From: Lytechinus pictus
Taxonomy: Eukaryota
Reading direction: 5' to 3'
Length of the DNA stretch: 64,000 bases
Assembly: GCF_037042905.1 (NCBI RefSeq)
Contig: NC_087255.1
Coordinates: 26,908,001 to 26,972,000, forward strand
Shown here one piece after another: positions 24,011-36,000 of the stretch. The stretch's first letter is position 1, and every line of letters starts with the position of its first letter. The notes beneath the pieces are model-generated. The model saw only the letters and a list, made by a program, of their open reading frames with translations. It had not been told where the DNA came from and did not search any database. Made by a program: the position numbers and the translations under genes.

Positions 24011-27000
24011 CTAAAAGGGAAAAGAATTAGGAACAAACCGAAAGGGAAATATGTAAGCAGGTTTTCATATTTTGGCACCATATTGGGATTCAATGCAGAA
24101 CATATATGATTCAATGAATATCAAAATTCTTAAAAGATGACATCTTGATGAGTTTACTATTCAATTTCTTGCCAAAGGAAAGTATGCCATGGCTGGGATT
24201 TGAACCCATGGCCCTTTGTTTCAGAGACAGGAGACTTATCCACTGGGCCACAACACTTCACTTAAACAAACTTGAATCAGATTCCATAAACGAAATCAAA
24301 TCCAATAAAATCAGTTTTTAATTATGATAATGTAGTAAAATAAATGTTGAAGACTGAAACATTTACCTTGAGGAAGAGAGCTAGATATGCCTGTATGAGT
24401 TCATAATCTCTACCAGTTGTCAAGCGATGATGAAGGAAAGAGATAAATTGCCTCATAGCCAGCAACGACCCACCCCCAATAGGATCCAATGACCTCAGCT
24501 CCATGTCAATCTGAGATGGAGACAAGGACTTGAGGAACTTCAAGACTGCATCATCTGGGATATAAAAAAAAGGGAAACCACAATTAGATAGTCTATATTA
24601 TTTGTTGAATATTAACATTTACCCTAATATCACGGTATGGGTAAAGAAACTCTACTTTTTGGAGATGATGAGAATTGGCTGGGTAGATTACATAATTCTG
24701 ACTTACTTTTGTCTACACATAAAAATACTGCAGTATTCAGAGTTGTGCATGAACAGGGATTTAGAATGTGATTTGCATTGGTAATCTTACAGTAATACTG
24801 CAGTATTGGTGTATATGGACATGGTATCTAAGTTTTGAGAATTAATAATTTTGTACTCACAGTGCTCTGGGGTAGTCCCTTTCTCCAGAAGATTACAAAG
24901 GTCAGATTTCATCTCCATACTGGATAGATTCAAGACTTGGGAAGATGGCTAAATGCAGGATGAGAAAGGGGCACAAACTAAATAATTAAAAGTCGATAAC
25001 ACAAAGTGTACTATAAAAAGAATTTGAAATATTATGCAGTATTGATTTGTGTTCTAAATAGCATCTGTTTTGAGATGCGGAGTCATACACAAAGGAACAT
25101 CATCTCTTTTAGAACATACACTTTACATACTAAGAAAAATGGATCATAACAACAATAATTACAACATTAAACCTGTAAAATCACATAACTAATAAAAAGA
25201 CTCCATGTATCTGGATATCAGATCCAATCTGATGATTTGCGGTAAGAACAACTCCATGCATATCTGTTTTAACAACATACATTCTTCAATGTACACAAAC
25301 ACTGAATTATAATATAAAGGATAAAGGAGGGAGAGCTATGGAATCTCAAACAACATAGCAGTCCTCAAGAAGATTCATCCTGACACCTTATATCCAGTCG
25401 GACCATGACGATCATGAACAGCTTTTTTACAAAGGTAACTTACTTGATAACATAACAGAAATGTGGAGATAATGGTTGGACTAAAACCCATAAACAAAAC
25501 ATCAATACGCCACTACACAATTGCACAGTGGAATTGCGAAGCTGTGTTCAAGAAGCATTTCTTACCTTATCTGTCTCACCATCAGTGCTTGCAACAAACT
25601 TTGGTGTCAGACCCGCTACAGTAGGGAGGAAGAAGGGAGCTGCCTTGGGCGCCTTTGGAGGTTCTTTTGGCTTATTCCTTTTCTATTTATAAATGACAAT
25701 GGATAGGAAAAAAAAATCATTCAATCCAAGATATGAAACAATATGCAAGTGTTCAACTGAGCCCTGAAACAGAAGATTTAACAATTAATCGTGAGGCTGA
25801 TATTCACAATTGATCACACACAATAGTAAATGCAATCAATAATAGAAGCCAGCCCCATGATCTTGATCCCATGATAGCTAAACTTCATGTTGGAGATGCT
25901 TTGGTCAGTGTGTTTGAATGGAAATTGGGTGATCACCTTGAATACTAACAAAACAGAGACAAACTGAAGATTGGCAAAGCAGATAAGCACATGTGTAGGT
26001 GAGGATCCGGGGGGGGGGGGGGGGGGAGTGCAAGGTGCGGGCCCAACCCGTAAAATACGAAAATATAATTGTGCACCACAAAGAATACCTTCATTGCACA
26101 GTAAAATGAATGATGTTCAGGCTCTGGATCCGCACCTGATGTGGGACAGTCTATTATAATTGCTTGAAAAAAAGACCTTAACCGAGGCGGGAGAGCAACA
26201 ATATTTTGCTCATTCTTCAGTTATGGCAGATTTTCTACAAGAATAATTTGAGTTTGCCACTTATTCTTCAGTTATACATAGGTACACTTGGGTTATTATT
26301 CTAATAATAATAACACTTATTTACCCAGGGTAGCCACTCTCAGCTGTAAGCTGTTCTTCCAGCGGGCCCTGCATAACATAATATGTTAATATTACCCTTC
26401 TCCATTCTCATACGTTGAGTGCCTGACAAAAAGGCAGAAGGTCCCATTTTCAAAGTCTTTGGTATGTTTCAGCCGGGGATCGAACCCATGACCTCCCGTC
26501 CTTGAGGCGGGTACTCTACCACTGAGCCACCATGTCTATCAGATTACATTTGAACCTTTATGTATTTCAGGACTTAAACTTTGATAGACAAATGCTATAG
26601 GGTTTATTTCTATATTACAGCACAAGAAAAAAGGGGAAAAATCTCGCAAGGCCAATGAGATGGGCATTGAGATCAGCCATTCTGGCATCCACGGCCATAG
26701 CCTAAATCCCTCATCCTAACCTTACCTTGATAAGATCTAGGTGTGTAAGACTCTGCCATCTTGAGTTAGGAAGCAGTGAAAGGGTAATCAATTCTTCTCC
26801 AAGCTGGTCAGGTGATTTAAACTCTGTCAATTCCTCCCCTTCCTCCTCTTCTTCATCTTCCTCCATCTCTTCATCTCCATCCTCAACATCCACACCACTG
26901 GCTTGACCTTCATTCCGTTAGAATGGGGAAACATATGAAAATACCTAAATTAACCCAGAAGAGTACAGTGTTTTTGCAGTTTCTTGAATGCTAGCAAGCA

Positions 27001-30000
27001 TACATTTAATATGATAATAAAAAAATGTACTGAAACAGTTGATTCCAATTTCATTGGAGTATGGTGGTACTATTTATGAATAAAAGCCATTTAACTTTAG
27101 TAAATCTTTACACAAGGCAACAAATTTGGCAATGCAACAAATTTATATATCAATGAATGTAATAAACTTTTTGACCTTTATCCTAATTTTCTCTCCCGTG
27201 TGCATAAGTTGAACCCTAAAACAGTTATTCAGCTATTGCAAGAACAAGATACTTCAATATATGTAATGACCTCTCATCTCTGTCCTTTAATCTCATTCTT
27301 TAGTGACTGAAAGAAAAAAATATGGGCAGATAGACAACTAAAAAATATGCCTCCAGCAACCACATAGAATGAGTTGAGGCATACAAATTTATTTTCCTTG
27401 TGACTCCTCGAAGTTAAGTACTTTGTCTTGTCTAGGTATGATTCTAAACTGCCATTTAAACATCCATCATGGGAAAATAGAAAAGAATGAAAGTAACCCA
27501 GGGGAACATTTCATGAAAACGTATTCAGTAATTTGCACTGAAAACTGTTACAAGCTACTGAAATCCTTGCATCTGATTGGTTAAGAATGAATCAGTCAGT
27601 GAAAATCACTGACTATTTGCTTCATGAAACACAACTCACCCCTTTCTGCACTTGTTCCAGGTAGACTGATAAGAGTTGGTACATAATCCTCCGGTAGAGA
27701 TCTCATGCTAACATGGCTGTACAAAGTCTTGTTGGACCTGGGGGGTGTTTCACAAAGATATAAGTATGACTTAGGCCGCACTTAAGTGCCGACACGTACA
27801 TGATATGCAACGCGCAATCTTATTGATAAATACGCAGTAGTGCGCGTCTTCATGACACGATCTGCCCAATGTGGTCAAGCCTTTCATACCGTATGCAACT
27901 CGGTATTTAAGTACGACTCTGAGTCATACTTAAATCTTTGTGAAACATCCCCCTGATTTAGAAAGAATAGGCATTTTAATAAGCAATCAACAGGGGTGTG
28001 AATGATCACAAATAAAAAGAGCTGAAAAAAAGCTGAAATTGAAAGAGCTTCCATACTTTTGTAGAGATATAAAGCCAAAATAAGCTGAAATTAAGCTAAA
28101 ATCAAAAGAAAAAATAGCTGAAGTCAGCTAAAAAGCTGAACTCTCATACCTGGTACAATCATTGAAACAATCCTTTTGGATCAGATATTCTTATGATTAT
28201 TTTCAATTAGCATCTGTGCATATTTGTTTGCAATGCTATATGTTGAAGAGCTACTCATTAATCCTATCTAGCCCCAGCTGCTTTCCAGGGCCCCCGTCTT
28301 ACAAAGAGTTACGATTGATCCGATCAACCACAACTATGGATGGCCAGCAACGTCAACATCTAAAATGCATGTTTGTTCAAATTATTTTCTAGTTATGTTG
28401 TTAAGTCATACATCCATTGTTTTCTTGAAAATTCAGTGTGCTTTTCTTTGCATACAAAGGACGTTGTGCAAATTTCCTGGAGAAAAATTAAGATATGTTG
28501 GATTTCCGTATAGTTGATGTTGATCGGATCAATCGTAACTCTTGGTAAGACGGCCCTGATCTCTCAACCAAACTCTGAAATATGATTTACAACGTCTTCT
28601 TGGTGGGGAATCTTATCAGTGTGAAATCTATTTCTATAGCGATTCCATGAAGTATGAACATCTGACCCCTATGAGTGTGACCTTCCTGATTTAATCTGTC
28701 TCTGTATTTCCAGGTCATATATACTCAAAAGCTCTCCAACTATCATGGCTGGAACAGATCATGAAGTGAAGTAAGAATGGAGGAAAAAAAATGAGGATGA
28801 GACATACAAAACATTGATACTTTCATGCTATATTGCCCTCTAGAGAGCAAATGTGGATAGGTCTTACCATAGATAAATTCCCAGATCGTCAACATGTGAG
28901 GTAGCCAGGAAGTCATTGGTAGGAGAGAGAGTGAGGCTGGTAACAGCTGCATCTACAAGGAAACAATCTATTAACCTGTAGGAGACGATATTACATAGAG
29001 ATTGAGAGTTAAAGTACCACTAAACAGAAACACCTGTTATACAAGTATTTCACCAACCAACACTACTTCTACCACCTCCATCACCAACACTGCTACTTCA
29101 TTAAGCAAGGTGTAGGTTTGCTCTGTATAAATCATGCATACAAAATACATTGTGTGTCGAGGGCTCCGGCAGAGTAAGATTTCCAGAGCTTGTTTCACAA
29201 GGAGGTAGCATAACTGCATATTTGGTAACATTTCATTTCAAGCAAATTACCTTAGCACAATGATTTCTAAAACAGACTTCAGTGTTCCAAAAACAAGTTT
29301 TCTTTCTTAGCTTGTCATTTTGTTACTGTTGTTGCAATAGGTACCTGAACCATCCTCAATCTCTAATTGCATTTTGCCAAACATTCGAGTAGTAAATATA
29401 TTGGTAAACAATATCCTTTTGTATCTTGTAGATTAGTATATCCTATGTTTTATGTTAATAATCATAAGTATTCCAAGGCCCTACTCACAAGCTTTACTTT
29501 TAAAGGGGTCCTAAAACCAATTCGTCTATGCTATAATCTAATTGATGTATGTTTATGTACTCATTTACGTTGTATGTACATCTATTTTTATTATGATGTG
29601 ATGTTTTTGAATAAATAGACTTGAAAATTGATAATTATCAGCGGAAATGCATTCAAATCAATTGATTGTTTGACGTTTACTCCCTGGCCAAACCACTGGC
29701 ATTTACCATCACCACTACTACTACTTCCGTAAGAGAAATATTGGAAGAAGAAAGATAAAAAGGGAGGGGGAATAAAATGAGGAAAAGGAGATGAAAATAC
29801 AGCATGAGAATCTCTATGACTGCTGAAGTTAACATGGTTTCTTTATACAAATTTTCCTGCCGTAAAAAGCTACCAACAAATGAAATGAACTTTCTTCTTC
29901 GCATAACTTACTTAGCAGTAGGAAGGTCCCATGTTCTCACTGTACAGTCCATGGATGCGGTGATTAACCATCTAGCATCTTGGCTGAATGCCTGAGAATA

Positions 30001-33000
30001 GAAGCAAAAAAAAAATAAATAGATTTCGTCAGATTGGCTCTGATTCACAATGGTGATTGTGAATCTATGGATTTGATTCAGATTTTGGTAGCATGTGCTC
30101 ACATACTAGGCCATCACATTAGGCTCAGTCACACATATATAATCAGTTGGAATGAAAAAAAAAAAAACGTAATTTTTTTTAACACATTGGGAGAGCTGAA
30201 TAGCGGGGGTAAACTTAACCAGCAGGTGGACGAAGAACAGTTATTTCATTTCAGCCGATACTGCTTCATTCTGAATAAGTGTGACAGACCTTTAGCAAAA
30301 ATACAAATAATGCAAAGGATAATCAATGTTTTCCTATGTTAATTCATGAAAATGAGGAAAGTATCATTAAAAGCAAAAAGCAAAATCGCTGAGTGGCACG
30401 CCTAACTTTGGTGATTTAAGCACACATCATATCTGCAGCAGAAGTGTGCATTAATAAGCCCTTTGTGTATTTCACCTCATTCATTTACCACGTTCAATGA
30501 AATAATATTGTGATGTCACTTTACAGTGCAACTGTACATTTTGATTGTACGTATGGAAGATGCACAGTCAACATCCTGATTTCTTACATGTATGTACAAC
30601 AAGCTAACTAGGCATTGTACAATTTGCATTTAAGGGCGCTTAAAAAAAACCCCAAGGTATTTTGCACAAACTTTTAGTATTAAATTTTGTGTGTGAAAAC
30701 AACCGTACCAAGTCTGTTATCCTGTTGTGATGTCCTGAGAACCTTCTAACTATCCTCTTCAGATCAGCATCTACAACATGTACCGTGAAGTCATCCGTCA
30801 CAACGGCCAACATGGAACTGGGTAGTAAGGAGGATAGCATGAGTTTAATAAAATTAGAACTAGATAGATTCTCGACTGCATACAGTCAAACGTTATGCCT
30901 CCGCCATTGACAGATCAGGAGAATGTTACACACCAAACTTTTGGTCATTAATGATGCCAGCGACCGTGTGCCCCCTTAATTATCTGTCATAATGGCGAAC
31001 ACAGAACTAAAGGCAGGTGAGCATGAATTCGATTAAAACATAAGACACAAGTAGAAAATGAGAAACACTGATAGATGGCTCATTACATAAAGCAATCAAT
31101 ATTTTTGTCATCTAACTCCCATTTTTTTCCATTTCTCTGTTTACCTTGATATTACATTGTTATGCTTATGCATTTTGACTTTCCTTTATATACACTTTAA
31201 CTATATGCATTTATATGATGTATTTATAATTGGATGTATTTTTAAAGGAAAAGAATAAATGAATTGATACTGAAGAAAACTAATTAAATTGAAAAAAAAA
31301 TCAATAAGTTTTATGTCAATGTTTTTTTTTGCTATGACAAGTGAACTTTCTCTGTAATATGTTTGAACCAACCTTTCTCTATGCAGTAGCATCTGGTTGA
31401 TAGGAACACTGAACTCCAGATCGTGGAGAAGGTGCTTCTTTTTGAAATGCCAGAATTTAAGATGACGATCCGCAGACCCTGTGATAACAACCTGGTTGAG
31501 ACCATTGATTACCAGACCCCGAATCGCTCCATCATGCGCTATGAGCCAAAGAAATATAATTAACATTACAACAATATTCTAAAATTTATCCATAAAATAT
31601 CATAGAAAATGTTTATTTGTTTCATTCAAGAGCTAACACTTCACTTGGTTACTCCACAGCAGCAGAGTATCTAGGAGTTGCAAACAGACGGAACAAAATG
31701 ATTGCATCCATGCAACAGGATAATAACCTTACAAGCCGATAAATTCAAGCAAGAAAATGTAGAAATTCTGTTCAGTAGTCTATTTCCATAGTTCTACTTG
31801 ATTGATAATATACAAAACAAATTTATATGAAACTTTATCAAAAGAAATACACTTGAAAGGAGAAAATAACTTTTTTCTGAGCTTTGGATGAATATAAACA
31901 TGGCAAAGTTTAGAAAGCAGAAGAATGCAGAATTTGGAGTTTACACAGCAGAAGACATTTTTTAAAACATTTAGAGTGCAGAAATCTTTGGGCCCTGATT
32001 GAGGCATTGACAATAACATAAATGTATCTATAATGAAAACATAAACATTTAAATGAAAGAAAAAACAAAATAAAAAAGTTTCAGTAATAACCATCTGATA
32101 AGAACAGATGAAGGCTACAGGAAAATCTCACCTTTAGGATCACCATAGGGTCCTCTATGAATACCTGATTGTATGTTATACAGATCAGCATCACCCGTGC
32201 TCCAGCCAACGGCTACAAAGTTTCCACATGATGATATATCAACAGCCTATACAAGACAGATATGAAATGAACTATGTTTACACAAAGACGGGAAACTTGA
32301 GTATCAACGTGATGACGTCACAATTTTTGTCATTGTTATTTAACTAATTATCTAGAAGGAGCATAATATAAATCATCAAGAGCCTCAATTAGGTAGAAAT
32401 TAGTTTGACAGGGCCCAAGATATGCTCAGGAATAGGCCTGAGTCTTTACATTTATTTTGAAACATGTTTAAACACTATTAATAAACAGGTGTTTAGGGTT
32501 AACCAGCGGGGGTAGAAAAAAACACCATAAGTTGCTGAAATTTCACATTTTGCACCTTGCATCCATGAAATGGCCATCTACTTTCCATACTTCCTTGCAT
32601 TGTTTTGATTTAGTTGGAAAATATTAACACAATGACAAGTATCCACTTCTTTCTTGACTTTGAAAGATCATTTTATGTTACACTCGGTCAACACCATGAA
32701 AGTCTACATGTGGGACTACATTATTGGCATTGTTGTGGTCCTGTGTCCTGGTATTACATCTAGGAAATGTTGTAGAATCCCTCACCATCGCCTGGACACC
32801 CGGAACTCCTTTGAAGCGATCATGTTTGATTTTATGCTTGCCCATATTGCTCTTCTGGTAGTTCCATGTTGTCACCATAGGGGTGCCCCGATGACAGGCG
32901 GCAATACCATCCCAGTCACTCTCACGACTTGTTTCTGAAGAAAATGAAAGGTTAAAGAGTACCAAAATGATGATGAACTGAAAAACTGTTTATTGCATTT

Positions 33001-36000
33001 CAGCATGTTCGATACCATATTTTGGTAGAGCAAAATTTTGTGGGAATCAGTAGATTGGGGCCCGAGATATGACCTCATGAATACATAATTAGCCTGATTA
33101 AAGTCAATGTAGTGTTGGTCTGGTACATAACATTTAGAACCAGGCCAATCATACACTGAGTTTGATTGGGCATATGAATTCATGGGGCAACATATACCAA
33201 ACCTGGGTTGTGGGGGAATTTCTTCATGCTTTACTGAAATATGGTATAAAACATGCTGTCATGCAAACTTGGAAAATTAATGAAGTCACACTTCAGTGGC
33301 CCTGGTAGTTGTAGAAACGTTGGCAAAAAAGTGATGAAAAGTGCTCTCTTATTGTCTAACTTCAAAGGGAACATCTATGCAAGTCATTTTCATGAGGATG
33401 AATACTAGGAAAAAGAAACTATTTTTGGTGTCATATCAAAGAGTCAGTGATCCTCGCCCTGTGGAAAGTGGAAACAGGGACCTAATGTCCACGCTGTAAT
33501 AAATTTGACCTTACCTGCAGCAAAGCATGTGATAGCTCTCATTTGTTTCCATCCTTTCTTACTGTCTTTCTTCTTCCCTGGTGCCTTGTCATAGGCCGCT
33601 ACACCAAGGTCTTTGTTATGCTTGTCGTGGACCGTAGAAAAGGATTTCAGTGTACCGTCTTGACCTGATAAATTAAAATAATAAGAATAATGATTACATT
33701 TATAAAGCACTTTATACATTATGTGATTATTATCACCCCAGACATCGTATCCTGGCATGCCCCCACACAATATATGCATTGCTCCACTCCTGGAGAGCAT
33801 TCCAACAAGAGTTCTAAGACTCACATGCTTGGCAAACTACATAGGATTTTGCATCCTACTGGGTACTCATTTAACACCTGGGTGAGAGTGGCAAAGTGTG
33901 GATAAATGCCTTGCCAAAGGATGCTAGGCTGCGGTGAGGATTCGAAAAACACGACCCTCTGATTATAAAGCGAGTCAGAACTGCTACATTACAACGCTTC
34001 CACATAAAAATAATGATACATATGATTTATGTAGTGCACTCTAATTGGATGATCAATGCGCTTCAGAGCAAATTAACAACAAATATAAAAGAAAAGTTCA
34101 TGAGGGGTGGTAGTTATGTACAAAAAACTTATTGCAACTAAGGGAATTTCCACTCACAAATTGACATTATATTCTATTACCAGAGCTGCCAATATTCATT
34201 TCCTCACTTAAAGCAGAATCCATCCAGATATCATGAAGATAGTAAAAATAAGAAAAAAACAAACATTGAAAATCTGTATTTTTCTGGCTAAATTCATCCA
34301 ACTTTCAGGAAGGTCTTCTGAGAAAAAAGATCGTAGATGATTTCAGCCTGCTTGAGCTGATCTCACGTAACAAAATTTCAACCTACCTGCACTCAGAATG
34401 GTTTTGCCCATTTTGCCATAATACTTGATGCTGGTTGGTGGAGCACTGTGACCTTTCCTCAATCTCAGGATTCTTCCACTTCCATCAGGTTGGTCAAATA
34501 TCCATACCTTCATGTAGTAGGATAAGAAAAAGTACCATCATCATCATCATCATCATCATCATCTTCATCATCATCATCAGAGTAGTGAAATAATCCTCAC
34601 CCCAATTATCATTTCTATCATTATCATGATCAATATCAACATCATTATCTTTTAATTTGTAATTCTCATTATCATCATCGTTTTTTGTAATCATCCCCTT
34701 CCTACCCATTCTCCTCCTCATCATCATCATTATCATCCTCATGATCATGTATGATGTCACATGAACTAACAGAAAGTCTATCCAAAGTTTTATCCTATCA
34801 GAAGCTTTAGAAACCAACCTTGAGAGTATTGTCCCCACCATTGGTGACTAGAATAGGCTCGGATGTGAGGAATGAGACAGCAGCTACAGCCCCAGAATGA
34901 ACATGCCTCATCTGGGCCTGTAGGCGGCGCTCTTCAAGATTCCAGACTGCAAGATGACCTGCCGTACTCCCAGTCACCATAATTGGATTGCCGTCTGGAG
35001 AAAGATATGCGATATGTATCATAATGGAAGAAAAAAAAAAGGGGGTAAACCTTCCCAGAACATTTTTTATCATTCTGGTACATTCCTTCAGCAACACATA
35101 CTTTCTTAGCTCTGAAATGACTATGAATTGAGATCTTGTTCCTAATGGATCACTGATGTAAAATAAAGAAAAGAAATAAATTAAGTCTTTAAATAGGGCA
35201 TATTTAACTAATACTTGTCAATTACTCATAATTAGAGTAAAAGAAGCAATTAATTATCACATTACATACTTTTTGCAGTAATTTTTGTTCTTTTTGCAAC
35301 CCCTCTATTAAAATAACCACAAGTTTTTCTTGTTTTTGCTCTTTCTTTAATATCCTTTTTTACCAAATGGGAAGCCACTAAGCAAGCAAGTGAACTGTTT
35401 CATGTCCTCAGATAGAATGAAGACAGTATTTCATTTCATTATGTGCATGAATGTATGTATGTACAAAATGAGAGATTGAAAACAAAATTAAATGTAAACT
35501 AAAATCCCATTAGGTGTACATCCACTTTGACTACTTCCATTGGGTCTCATCATAGATGATCTAAAATCATTTTGTTTACGACCAGTTGATCTACTTAACC
35601 ATTTGGTCTAATTGCCACAGAACCTATTTACCATTTTGACTAATTTCCATTTGGGCTCCACCCATTTTTCTATAACCCGCATAGTCTTAACGGTAAGACA
35701 GTAGTTGCACTACACAATTATTTCATGAGAAAAGTCTTTAAAATCAAGGTAAATTGCCACCATATTATCATGGATCTAGTTCTTGTACAAAATTACCTTT
35801 ATGAAATCATGAAATCTTAGCTCAAACCGTTCATTCTGATAGCTAACACAAAAAGGCATGAGGGACAGCACATTAATATTGTTCGGAAAAATACCCAACG
35901 TTTTATGGAATTCCGTGCTTATTTTGCTCATTTCTCAGCAATTACACATTTTCTTCCAGAGTCATTTGGCACATATTTTTTATTCATACATATACAAACA

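Noticed and set aside
26912-26925. Possible AC (U12-type) acceptor at ttctaac|
   Set aside because: The upstream donor is a standard GTGAGT and the AAG acceptor at 26908 keeps the frame; CTAAC is better read as the branch point.
34494-34841. Met/Asp-rich 115-aa ORF
   Set aside because: Translation of the intronic (CAT)n microsatellite.
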